A DNA stretch of 29,098 nt from Lama guanicoe (taxonomy: Eukaryota), in the NCBI GenBank assembly GCA_013239625.1, contig MU054308.1, positions 77,174-106,271 on the forward strand, in the 5' to 3' direction. Positions 12,286-23,405 of the stretch are shown here, piece after piece; position 1 is the first letter of the stretch, and each line of letters begins with the position of its first letter. A program made the translations under genes and the position numbers. The notes beneath the pieces are model-generated. The model ran no database searches. It was not told the origin of the DNA and saw only the letters and a program-made list of their open reading frames with translations.

Positions 12286-14067
12286 ATCATGAAATAATTG
12301 TGATCTGAAATTTTTGGTAAAAAAAAAACAGTCACTGTACCTGTGGATCATGTCCCTGACACTCCTGCCTCAGTGGTTGTTTCAGTTCTCTCTTGCTTCC
12401 TCCATGATGTTTCCATCTCTTCAGACACCTCGTACCTGTCACCTGTAAAACATCTATAGGGCAACATTTGGTCAGTAATTTACTGAGAAAATCCTAGGCT
12501 GTCTACACAGTATCTGGATTCTCTTTCTTGTTCCAGCTCCATGGGAAATGACTAGCCTCACTGTAGCTCAGACTGACCTGTCACAGTTCATGTCTCCCCC
12601 TTATCAGAATCATAAATTCTGCTACCTTCATTTGTCAGCCCATGTCTCCATCATTCTGGAGTTGTAAATCTACTATCCTCCCGTGTATCACAGTCCCTCA
12701 CCTCACTTACAGCCAATCAGAAGGCTGTTCCCCTACTTCTTTGTGTTCACAACCCCTTCCCCAATAAAAGAATCTGCACATTCCTCCTGGAGGACATGCA
12801 GGCACCTCTTGCCTGTGTGACCCACTGCTGCCTATAGGAACATAACTATTAAACCTTTTCCTTGCTCTTAAACATCTCCCTTTCTGGTAGATTCTTCTTT
12901 TCAACTCACATCACTGGCCCCACCAACTATCTCCCAATAACTACTACTCAAACTATACTTCCAGAAATTGTTCTAATTAATACTCAGTACTTTATTGGTG
13001 GTAATTAGAAGTTTCAAACTGGATAATGAACATTTTTTCAATCCCATAAATGTAATTCTATGACTATAATTATCATCTCTTTTTAAAAGTCTTCATGAGT
13101 AAGCAAACTGACAGTCTTTGTAAATGGGCAATTTGGAAAATCTCCCAGTCTGTGAAAGGCCATGAATTTGAGAAGGCACATAGCTAAAGAGATGGGTGTT
13201 TTGGGGTGCCTTTTGTCAGTCCTCACTGTTCCTCATGCTAATAGTGTATTTTGATGTTTTCTTCCGTCATGCATACTATGCAAATCTGTCTCATTTCCAC
13301 TCAGGCAGGACCTCATACTAGGGAGAAATAAGGGAGATTAGACTAAGACACAGGTATAACCAACTGGAAAGCATAAGCTAAAATCACTTTTGGTACATTG
13401 AGGTGTTTCTTTAATTTATACAAGAATCCTCAAGCCTTATGGATTGGAAGAGACTTCTGATGTCATCTAGGGTCACCTGAGACCTGGAGGCTGGAGTCAC
13501 CAAAGTATCAAGAAGGTGCCTCAGGACCCCTATGTCTACAGCTTGATCATGCTATCCACGGATCAAATCTTGGTGATCTTGTCCTTGACAAGAGTCACCC
13601 CTACTGAAACTGGAGAGAGTCTGAGTTGCTGTGATTCTTGGCCACCTCTTTCCAAGGAACCAAGAGCAGACTCTCTGAGCTCTTCTGATTATAATTGACT
13701 CTGAGGAAGTTTTCTGAACAGGAATAAGTTCATAAAGTCACTGGTAGAAACATGAATATTATTTTATATGTTCTGTTTCTTGGTCTTTGAGAGTATTGAA
13801 TCTGTCACCTTTTACCTTCCTATGGACATCAGGCCATCAATATTACTACTATTCCTTAATAGTTAAGGCTTTAGTGGAGACACACAAAGGAAAGAGTATC
13901 TTGGAAGAAACTTATCAAATAGATAACATTTATTTATTCCACAGTTTTTTAAGTTCAGTTCAAGTTATAAGAGAACAGATGGGAATATACATCTGAAGTT
14001 AGGGCTCTTTGGGTTTCATTGTTCATATACCCCTTGTGCTCAAATAACATCCAGGATCACCTAGTCC

Positions 14068-14260
14068 CAGTGTTTCCAAATCTAAGATCTTAGATGCACC
14101 ATTGCCTGTTTAAAAATTTCCAGAGGAGATTGTTAAAGATACTGATTTTTTATACCCTTTAACACTGGCCGACTGAATCAGAAACTCTTCGAATAGATGC
14201 CGTTATTGGTTCAAAAATCTCTCATGATGACTTCAATGATCAGATAAATTTGAGAAGCTA
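14068..14260. mobile_element. MER5-like hAT-Charlie MITE
   Basis: Starts 'cagtgtttccaaa', has internal 'ttgttaaagatactgatt' and 'actgaatcagaaactct', and ends 'tttgagaa'. Confidence 0.7.
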
Positions 14261-14687
14261 ATCACCTCTTTAAGTTCAGCAAAGAGAAGTTCATAGAGAT
14301 CCAGTGAGTACATGTCCAAGTTGGGGACAATACACACTGATCCCTGTGGTCTGGGGCAATGGTTTCTTAACTATATCTTCTAGTCCAGATGTCTTGCTGC
14401 CTTTTGATCTTTCTTACCTTTTATTCTGTGAGTGCTCCAACATCAGAGATTACTTTTTAAAGCACTAATGATACATAGTCCTTGACATAATATGTTTGTG
14501 CTGCACACACACACCCCACAACTGTAAACACATACCCAGGTATGGGAAATAACTTGAATAATCATACTTGTAAAACAATGAATGAAACAATAGCAGAGAG
14601 ATAGTCAGTGATGTGTCTTTTGCTGTGGAAAAATAAAGCTCAGGTTGGGTGAAGTGAAGGATTGTGTCATCAGGGCGAGTTTCAGTT

Positions 14688-15175
14688 TGTTACTGAATTC
14701 AAGCCCATACTCCTTGCTGTATGACAAACCAATAGATTGAGAGATGAGTTGTTGGGTCATGGAATAGTGGCTTTATTTGTAAATTCAGCAGATTGAGAAG
14801 ATAGTGGACTAGTATCCCAAAGAACCATCTTATCAAAGTTGTACTAAAAAAGGGGTGGGTGTGGCTGGTTGTTGCAGACTTCTTGGTGCTGGAATCCTTT
14901 GTTCTTCCAGCTGTCCTGGTAGGTCCAGTCACAATCTTCCTATGAACATCCAGTAAGACAAATGTTTGCAACTTATTTCTATATGAATGGAAAAGTATTA
15001 TACCTTTAAAGACCAGAGCCTTGAGAATGGGCTATCCTCTGTATTTCAGGGTATTGGCAACAGTCTCTTACAAAAGGTGTGGAGCCAGCTTGCCTAAGCA
15101 CAGGGAACTGAGCACAAAAGTTAGAGCTAAAGTAATAGATTCAATATGAAATAGGATTTGTTCTCCTCTGTTACA
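14688..15175 (-). mobile_element. ERV1-class solo LTR, 488 bp
   Basis: Termini TGTTAC...GTTACA, a 4-bp near-TSD AGTT/ACTT, and AATAAA on the minus strand at about 14772-14777. Confidence 0.85.
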
Positions 15176-16114
15176 ACTTCACTTAAGAAATGCATGTTTA
15201 TTTCTCCAGAGTAAATGTGGATCCACAGCTGGAAATCAGGTTATGTTAGCTGAGCAGTGGTAAATGGCTCACTATTTTCAGTAAAGCTGGCTGGTTCAAA
15301 TATTGACCCTGTTGATTGAGACACAATTGTGTATTCATCAAAGATGTCTTTGTTTTTTATTGAGTTTCTCCAGCTTTTCTTATAAGTGCTTTACATACAT
15401 AAAGAGTGCTAGCTACAGATGGCAACTAAAGGTGAGAGTCGGTCAGCAGAAGCACATTAATGGAATGCTACAGTTAAAATGGGATACTAGAGGTATTTGT
15501 TTTTCCAATTTAGTTATCATTCTGGTAAAGAAAATGAGTCCTAGAAAAAGCAAGAACTTTTCCCCAAGCCCAGAGGATGAGAACAGGCCTTTTGTTTTCT
15601 AAGCCTGTGTTTCATCTCTTTGAGATTCTGCACATACCTTCCCTGTATCCCCATTCCAACCAGATGAGGCTGCTTTCACTGTTTTGGAGAACTTACATCA
15701 GGATGCCTTAGCTCAGATCCTTGCCACTGTTTCTGTATCCTTTCATTCATACAAACTACTTGTATCAAGTGCTCACAGTTCTAAACACCGTAAAACAGCC
15801 TTAGGTACTTCACAGTAGACTCTCATTCTTTAAAGAAAATGACAAAAAGGAAAAAGGGCAAGGAGGAAATTGTCATGCTAAGTATGATCATCCTGAAATT
15901 TGAGTTTAATAAGATTTCTTTGTCCTAGATATTTCAGAAAAATCATCTGATTATGAAGAATTAGAACAACGGTAATAATAATGATAAATCATAACATAAT
16001 TCTGTAGAATGTTTTATTCTCTCATCTGTTCCTTAAAGGAAAAAAAAAACCTGTGAAGTTGTTATTGTTTTCACTGTGCAGAATGGAAAATTTAAGATCA
16101 TCCACCTTAAATTT

Positions 16115-17056
16115 CTACTTCTGTTTAGCATTAGCCTCCCATAAAACCCTCCTGCTCCACAGTTTTTTCATTGCATTTTTTACTTTTGCATTTCTCAGTG
16201 TATAAATCAGGGGATTTAACATGGGGGTGATAATGGTGTAAAACACAGCCACCATCTTATCCTCTGAAAAGGTATTATCAGGGTGCATATACATGAAAGT
16301 ACAGGGACCAAAAAAGTTGATGACCATGGCGAAGTGGGAGCCACAGGTAGAGAGAGCTTTGCACATGCCTTCAGCTGACTGCTTTCTCAGGGACACCAGG
16401 ATGACAGTATAGGAGATTAACAAGATGACAGAGCTCCCCAGAGTGATGGTATCACTATTGGCTGTCACAACAACACCAACCACATATGTGTCAGTGCAGG
16501 CAAGTTTCAGCACAAGGTGAACATTGCAAAAGTAGTGATCAATCTCATTGGGTCCACAAAATGGTAGTTGAACTACCAGAGCCACTTGGATAATGGAGTG
16601 TGTGAACCCACCTATCCAGCACCCCAGCAACATTTTATTGCATCTGTCCCAGTCCATGATGGTCATATAGTGTAAAGGTTTACAGATAGCCACATAATGA
16701 TCATAGGCCATCACAGTAAGGATGAAGATCTCAGTGCAACCAAAGAAATATCCCCCAAAGAGTTGCAACATGCACCCCATATAGGAGATAATTTTGCTCT
16801 TGGCTAATAGGTCAACAATCATCTTTGGAGCTGTGACTGAAGAATAACATATGTCCACAAAAGACAAGTAGTTGAGAAATAAATACATAGGAGACTTGAA
16901 AAGATGTCCCACGTAAACTGTCAATATGATGAGGAGGTTTCCCAGAAGAATGACAGTGTAGAAGAAAGAAAACACCACAAAACAAACTTCTTCAATCTCT
17001 GGATTCTGAGAAAGACCCCAGAAAACAAAGTCAGTTACATTGTTTATTTTTTCCAT
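16115..17056 (-). CDS. OR4S2: Olfactory receptor 4S2-like, 313 aa; open frame but with many substitutions at conserved sites
   Basis: MEKINNVTDFVFWGLSQNPEIEEVCFVVFSFFY...FCGPNEIDHYFC...KALSTCGSH...FSEDKMVAVFYTIITPMLNPLIYTLRN closely matches recalled human OR4S2. The true start is the ATG at 17056; the ORF-track start at 17092 is a GTG. Confidence 0.93.
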   Translation of the reverse strand: MEKINNVTDFVFWGLSQNPEIEEVCFVVFSFFYTVILLGNLLIILTVYVGHLFKSPMYLFLNYLSFVDICYSSVTAPKMIVDLLAKSKIISYMGCMLQLFGGYFFGCTEIFILTVMAYDHYVAICKPLHYMTIMDWDRCNKMLLGCWIGGFTHSIIQVALVVQLPFCGPNEIDHYFCNVHLVLKLACTDTYVVGVVVTANSDTITLGSSVILLISYTVILVSLRKQSAEGMCKALSTCGSHFAMVINFFGPCTFMYMHPDNTFSEDKMVAVFYTIITPMLNPLIYTLRNAKVKNAMKKLWSRRVLWEANAKQK

Positions 17057-17091
17057 GGAATTCGTCTGGCAGGCAATGTTCCCAAAAGGCA

Positions 17092-17130
17092 CTTAAATTA
17101 CCTGGAAAAAAAAACATAAGAAGGACCAAC
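17092..17130 (-). promoter_or_regulatory. Strong splice acceptor of the OR4S2-like coding exon
   Basis: Minus strand reads ccttcttatg, a T run, then ccAG|gtaatttaAG|, with the first AG at 17103-17102, 45 nt before the ATG. Confidence 0.7.
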
Positions 17131-17668
17131 AATATTTATTTCTAACTCAAAACAAATGAATAATTGGAATAGTTAAAAATAGAAAAATGTGTACTTACTA
17201 CTAATTGGCATATATACCTAAAGAAATTGAAATGCACAAATTCTGATCATCTTATTTCAATATGATAGTCCATTCATTTACATTGAAGTCCAGAGAAACA
17301 AAACAAATCATTTAATTCACACATCTAGCCAAGAGTCTCACCTCCCTCATCTTCCATGAAGGTTCTTTCATCTGTTTCTAACAAATTGCTTTCTTCTAAT
17401 GTGTCTAAGGCACGTAACCTAAATTTGAAACACCTTTTGAATTTGGGGATATGGTAACATTTATATTTTGAAAATGTTCATCTTATTTTTGATTTGGAAA
17501 TGAACATAAGCTCACATTTCCCTTCTGAATACTGCCATGAGCACTCAGGTAGTTAAGACTGGGTGACCTTGCAGGTCTTCCTTCTTATTAAACTCTAATC
17601 TTTGTGTACATGAATTTTCAGTCCCCTATTTAATGTCAATCACTCATATTCAAGAGTATTGTGTTGTA

Positions 17669-17719
17669 ATTTGACACAACATTGTAAAATGACTATTAAT
17701 TAAAAAAGTTAAAAAATAA
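17669..17719 (+). mobile_element. Extremely 5'-truncated L1 insertion (51 bp) with 17-bp TSD
   Basis: 'tgacacaacattgtaaaatgacta' plus an A-rich tail matches the L1 termini at about 21769-21800 and 28330-28370. Flanks are AAGAGTATTGTGTTGTA (17652-17668) and AAGAGTGGTGTGTTGTA (17720-17736). Confidence 0.85.
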
Positions 17720-17721
17720 AA

Positions 17722-17850
17722 GAGTGGTGTGTTGTAGTAAAAAGAGAACCAAGATGATACAAATATGATTCTGAGATATTGGTGCTGTAACTCTAAGATA
17801 AATCATTTAGTTTCATGGAGTGTCTGTTATCCCATTTGCAAAATGAGAAA
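17722..17850 (+). mobile_element. MIR SINE 5' part and core
   Basis: 'gtgttgtagtaaaaagag...gctgtaactctaagataaatcattta...tctgttatcccatttgcaaaatgag'. Confidence 0.5.
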
Positions 17851-18589
17851 GTTTTAATTTCACTCTCATTTGTAATATTGACCATTATTTCTATTATGAA
17901 ATTAAATCAACTCTTTCAGCTTGGAATAGCCATGAAACCCTGAAAAGGAGGCAGAGGCAAAAGAAGATAAAGTGATAGAAGAAACTGCTGGAGACACATC
18001 AAAACTTGTGTGATTTGAAAGGAAATGAAGGGAGATCTCAACTTAAACTCAGTGTTTGAGGATTCCCGAGGATTTGCTTTGTCTTGGTAATTTAAATATT
18101 TGTCTGTTAGCTAAAATAAATGAATAAATAAAAAGACAAAGAAAAAATGATTCTTCCCTTAATCTCACCACCACTTCATATTCAAATTTAATGGGTGACT
18201 CTTCAGTGGAGGGATTTCAGACACTCTAGTGAGGTCACTGAAATGAATGTGTGGAGAGGGGACTGTGGAATAGTTTTGATTAAAGGGGCTCACAAGTTAT
18301 TCTTCAAATCAAGCCAAAGATGTAAATGACTCCTTTAGTTCTAGGGTTGCATAGGATGACACAGTGTCTTTGGTATCATCAGGAATTCTGTCCGCCTGAG
18401 GACACATCCCCCAGCGATCTCTCACGTTCAGCGCTTACAGTTCCTAATGGGCTCTGTGCTCTCAGCTGCCCTTTGCAGCAATGTGGTGCCTTGCATTCCC
18501 AGCTTTTGGGAAAATAGATCTGCATATTAGACTTGTTGGAGTGATTGTTACAGGTGTGCTTTCTCTTATACAGTATGAAATAATGATAA

Positions 18590-19246
18590 TGATGCTGGTG
18601 GATGTAACCGGTGTTCCAGGTTCTTGTCCCATCCTAGAAAGAATTCTGAGACAAGATGTAGTAAAAAAGCACAGTGAGAATTTGTTACGGTAAGAGAGAT
18701 TTTATCAAGGGGAGAGTGGGCAGGCTCAGGTGAGTGGCTGCCCCAAGTTTCTCTGGCAAGTTGGTTGCATAGAATGTAAAAATGAATGGGCAGAATATTC
18801 CGCCTTCATTAGGAATGAAAGGGCCGAGGTCATATTCCCTGATTTTCATCCCAACTTCACTTTACTGAAGAGAGGAGGGATTTTTGTCCTTATTTATTCT
18901 GGATTGGAAGTGTCATGGCTTCAGTGCGTGATGATACTTTTAATCTGCAAGGCTTATTTTATTGAAATGAGGGCATAATGAGCAAAAGGTCATATTCAGA
19001 CACTGGAGATTCCTACCTTTTCCTACCTTTCTTCATTGGCCTCTGGGCCACTTATCACCCTCAAAGTTGTGACCACTTATTAACCTAGAGGTTCCTGTTT
19101 TTCTTTCTCTGCCCAGGGACCCCTGGTCCTTACATGATGTGTGGTTTCCAGCATTTGGCCTGTGGCCCTTTTTTCTGTCCAATTTCTGCCTTTTGGTCTG
19201 TGTTCCCCTTTCTCTGCTCATATCTAGCTATCTGCCTCTTCTAACA
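18590..19246 (-). mobile_element. ERV1-class solo LTR, about 657 bp
   Basis: TGATG...TAACA ends with a near-TSD ATAA/ACAA, splitting an (AAT)n-like tract. The 'ccaggttcttgtccc...aaagaattc' antisense U5 pattern resembles the 8166 LTR. The left end could alternatively be 18603. Confidence 0.8.
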
Positions 19247-21529
19247 ACAATAATAATAATGGTGCTAATAGCAGTGGCAATAACAATAATTCAAATTCAC
19301 ACTCAAATACAGCTCCCTGCTTTTATATACTCATCCTCCTTTGGCTTTGGATCAAAACCAAAAAACAAAACTATTCTCCACTGAGAGAACCCTTCAATTT
19401 AAGAGCGCTCAAGACATAGCAGTTTTTGACAATGGTGAATTATGTTACCAGGTTCGCATCCAGGAGAAACTGAGCATTTAAACACAAGCCTGGCAATTGC
19501 TTCTCCAATGTCTATACACTAAGATTCAAGAGGAACACTTCTTTCTCCCTGAATTAAGATGTTTCTCAAAGAATTTCTTCCTCCATTTCCTGAGCATTTC
19601 AAACATGGTAACATATCACTTTCTTTTAAAATTATTGGCATTTTCTTACTCATAATCCTGTGTCCTATCTCATCATCTTGTATCAATGCACTTCATCAAC
19701 TTAAACATTTTATTCTCTCCTTATTTCTTAGTATCTTGCAATTATGTTACAAGCACTCAAAATATATAAATTTCATTAAATTACCCTTTCCACAAAATTT
19801 TAATATTAGTTTTAGAAGAATAAAAACTCACCAGTATTGTCCACAACCCTAGTTTTGCTTTCTTTTCCTACCTCTCCTGAGATAATTTGTGTGCAACTGT
19901 CCAAAATAAAGTTAAGAGTGATGCCTTAAGAATCTCTTTGTAAATAATTAATTTCAGAGAGTCATTGCCCCTAAAAACTCAAAAGTTAGTAGAAGTCATA
20001 TCTTGTTCCTGGTATGTCTCTCACCAAGTGAAATCTGCCATTTCACAGTGCCTTTGGCAACAAATACTGTTTTCTCTTCTTCTTATGAGGTCATTTTAAA
20101 GAGAATGTTACAAAATATCAAGGATCCTGGGGAAAGACTTTCCCCCAAAGTCTCCCTCCATAATCAGGGCCACTTCAGAGAATTAAAAATGAGTTTTAAT
20201 TTCTAGATGTCTTTTCAACTTGTTAAAAAAAATTAAAAACTTTAACTTGCTATATTTCAAAACCAACTAATCTTTGAATTTAGAACCATAGCACTAATCC
20301 AAATCATTGCAGCAAACAGAGATATGTAATTGTCTTATGCTTGTTTTTCTTGTTTATTGGAATAATGTGCATATACATTTACATGTATTTAATATAAATT
20401 ACTTTATATTTAATATAACATATAAATTAAAAATCTTTTTGAAGGTATTTTTTGATTTTGTATTTTCCTACTCTTTTGAAATTCCTTTTGATTGGAAAAT
20501 AGTAGATTCAACAGTAATATTGGGGTTCACTGTTTTTATTTTTAATTGAATTTCTGCAGATTTCTTGAGAAACTGATGGGAAAAAATTCACTTTCAACCA
20601 ATACCTGGAATGAATCATAGTGCAGAATATCATTCTTTTACTTTTTTATTTCAAACCATTAAGGTTGACTTTTGACTGTTAATATTTTTTCTTATTCCTT
20701 TCCTAATTCTACCCTTTCCTTTCCCCTCATTCTTGCTTTACTTTCTTTCTACTTCCTACTTTCATCTCTCCTCCTTCTTCCTTTTTAGTACAATGTCCAA
20801 AAAGCAAAATAATCTTACTGTTTCATACTTTCTGAGGGCACTTATGAGCTGCCTACTACAGTTGATTTCTTGATCTCACTGGACCTTTTAATAGAGGCTA
20901 TAAGTTTATTTTCCAATTTGTAAATAGCTAGGAAAGGCAACAATATATTCATTAACACCCCTTTCCCACTGGCCAAAGCTCACCACACAGTGGGCCAATT
21001 TCTCTGCAGTCTCTGGCCATGTCACTGGACATTTCCTGCAGTTGTAGGAAAGGACAGAGTCCAAAGAGTGCCAGGGGCATTCAGAGCAGGAGGGAGTTTT
21101 ATGGGAAAACACTGAGCATATTTAGGCTCTGATCATGTCATGCAGTAGCTACCACCTCAGAAGCAACAAGGAATCTCTGGGGAGGATTCCAGAAGTGTCC
21201 ACATAGGTGTGAGCCCAGGTCCTGTTGGGTCATGACAATAAGAGACATGAAGATGGAGAATAGTTTCCAAAGGTCTTTTTATCTGTGGTCTCTCAATGTC
21301 ATGGGTGAAGTGAAGGCCACTGCTAGGGCATCTCTGTCTACAAGCAAGGCAAGTCCAGGAAAATGGGTGATGCAAAGGTGAAGTCCAGTACAGTTCACCC
21401 TTGTACCATGTATATCTGTTTATATTTTCTAATGATACAGGATCTTGTGGGAGAGTAAAATACATCACCTTTTTCTATGAAAGGAGAGAGATCAGAAATA
21501 CAAGACAAACTTCTTCAAGAAGGTGATCA

Positions 21530-21823
21530 AACAGAAACAGACTCACAGACATAGAATACAAACTTGTAGTTGCTGGGGGGGAGGTGGGAAGAGAAAGACT
21601 GGGAGTTCAAGATTGGTAGATATTGACAGGTATATATAGAATAGATAAACAAGTTTATACTGTGTAGCACAGGAAACATATACAAGATCTTGTGATAGCT
21701 CACAGGGAAAAAGAATATGAAAATGAATATATGTATATGACTGAGAAATTATGCTGTGCACCAGAAATTGACACAACATTGCAAACTGATTATAGCTCAA
21801 TTTAAAAAAAAAGAAAACAAAAA
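21530..21823 (+). mobile_element. 5'-truncated lineage-specific L1 3' UTR with A tail
   Basis: 'acagaaacagactcacagacatagaatacaaactt...tatactgtgtagcacagg...ccagaaattgacacaacattg' plus poly(A). TSD core AAGGTGATCA (21520-21529) / AAGGTGTTCA (21828-21837). Confidence 0.9.
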
Positions 21824-22223
21824 AAGTAAGGTGTTCATTTCTAATTACTTCAGGGGACTTACTTGGGGTGACAAAATCAAGCTGTGTTCCCCACAGTGGC
21901 AGCTGTTCTCAGAGCTGTAACTGATAGTCATCATCTTACTCCTCCAACCACTCCAGCTTCATCTTTCTCACACTCAGCTATTAGCTTTCCATTTCTTAAC
22001 TTTGCAAGTGATAATTTTCTTCATCCAAAATTGACTCAACTCTCTCTTGCTTGGTCCATGCCAGCAAATCCTGCTGAAAATTGTATCCAGTCCCCACACA
22101 TCAATCCTCCATGATTTATTGTAGCACCCCCACATACAGGCTCTGTTATCTCCAAATTTAAACACCCATGAAATTCTGTGTCTCTTTCCTAGGGGTAAGA
22201 GATTGAATAGAATACATTTGCTT

Positions 22224-22280
22224 AAATTTAAATTAAATTAAATTAAAATTTTATTTATTGAAGAATAGTCAATTACAATG
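22224..22280 (-). mobile_element. Second L1 micro-insertion (about 57 bp)
   Basis: Minus strand reads CATTGTAATTGACTATTCTTCAATAAA plus a (TTTAA)n tail. Flanks are GAATACATTTGCTT (22210-22223) and GAACACATTTCTT (22281-22293). Confidence 0.7.
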
Positions 22281-22392
22281 GAACACATTTCTTTTTTATG
22301 GAGGAAGACTGTATCTCTCAGGCCACAGGACTCCTCAGAACTCTATGTATGTCCCATGAAACTTTCGTGTTTATCTTCCACTTTCTGCCTTG

Positions 22393-22830
22393 TGTATGTA
22401 AGGTATCTATTGCTATGTGTTGGCAAACATCACTAAGCCAAAACATTAGTGGCTTAAAATCACAGAATTTAATCCAAAAATTAGTAGTTTCAAATTATGA
22501 AACCAAAACTTAAAAGCTTAAAGTAAAAACCCTTTATTCGATTATGATTCTGCAGTTTGGGTTGGATTCAGCTGGGTGGTTCTTCTATTGGTTTTACCTG
22601 GCCACACTCTGATAGTTTGGATGGAGCAGATGCCTCCAAGACAGCCTCATTGACTGGCGATTAGCTTAGGTACCTGAGTTCTCTCTCTGTTCTCCAGCAG
22701 CATGTATTGAGCTGCATAAGCCCAGGGTTGTTTCAGGACAGTGGTTGTTTTACAAAAGCTAAGTCTTCCAGGCTTCTCAAGGTAAGCTTCAGGATTTGCA
22801 CAACAACTTTACCACATTCTACTCATGTGG
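22393..22830 (-). mobile_element. MaLR LTR (MLT1-type), old
   Basis: 'tatctattgct...ccaaaacattagtggcttaaaa...tctgcagtttgggttggattcagctgggtggttcttct...tccaagacagcctca' matches reverse-complement MLT1. Confidence 0.75.
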
Positions 22831-22851
22831 TTAAAATGTTAAATGTGATAT

Positions 22852-23405
22852 TGCTACCAAAACTTTGAATCAGGCTCTGAGTGTCCTCCTGCTCCTGCTG
22901 TTCAAGGCACTAGACTGAGACTGGGTTCAGTTAAGAAGCAAAGTAAAGCTTTAGTCTTTGCTCAAAGAACAGAGGAGTATTTGGGTATTCTAGCGTGTAA
23001 GTGCTGCAGGACAGACAGGCTGAGGGCGGGGTTCTCATCGGCGGGGCGGGCAGGGGGCGGAGCCATTTCAGGGCCTCTGCAGCTGCCGCAGTTCAGGGCT
23101 CCAGACCGCAGTGCCCGGTGCAGCGTCTCTGCACACGGCCCGCGGCCGCCATCTTGAATTGCAGCATCATGCTCAGCGCTCCTGGGCGCTGCACGCCGGG
23201 CTGAGGAGCCGAGGCAGCAGTTTCACACCAGGAGCCCTGCTCTGAGATGCCGGGTGGAGACCTCTGCATGCAACACCGCAGGAGCAAGTGAAACCAGACA
23301 TGGCACAAAGGATAAGAAAGAGGTTAGATTTTATTTTATTACCCAGATTCTATTTCTGCTTCCCAGGAATCGTTAATGGGCCATTACTGGGCTTTGCCGA
23401 TGACA
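22852..23405 (-). mobile_element. 3' LTR of a gammaretrovirus-like (ERV1) provirus; CpG-rich
   Basis: Minus strand runs TGTCA...TAGCA and is immediately preceded by a purine tract (AAGAATGAGGAGCAAGACAAAGGAGAGATC, PPT-like). It has an ACTAAA signal variant at 22950-22955, GC boxes and a YY1 motif. Confidence 0.8.
23020..23160. promoter_or_regulatory. CpG-island-like core with GC boxes (Sp/KLF) and a YY1 site
   Basis: GGGCGG occurs three times in 23024-23060 and GCCGCCATCTTG at 23145-23156. I counted about 21 CpG by hand in 22981-23280. Confidence 0.6.

Noticed and set aside
17057..17092. 12-aa N-terminal extension of OR4S2 in the ORF track
   Set aside because: It starts at GTG at the splice-acceptor boundary; homology begins at ATG 17056.
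22438..22525. Three spaced 'ccaaaa..ttagt/aa..gcttaaa' repeats, superficially CRISPR-like
   Set aside because: These are degenerate local duplications in an MLT1 LTR end, in a mammalian context with no cas genes.
23001..23308. GC-rich ORFs with AAGATGGCGGCC, resembling the first exon of a housekeeping gene
   Set aside because: They lie inside an LTR bounded by TG/CA and a PPT. The motif is the YY1 site, and no recognisable protein is encoded.
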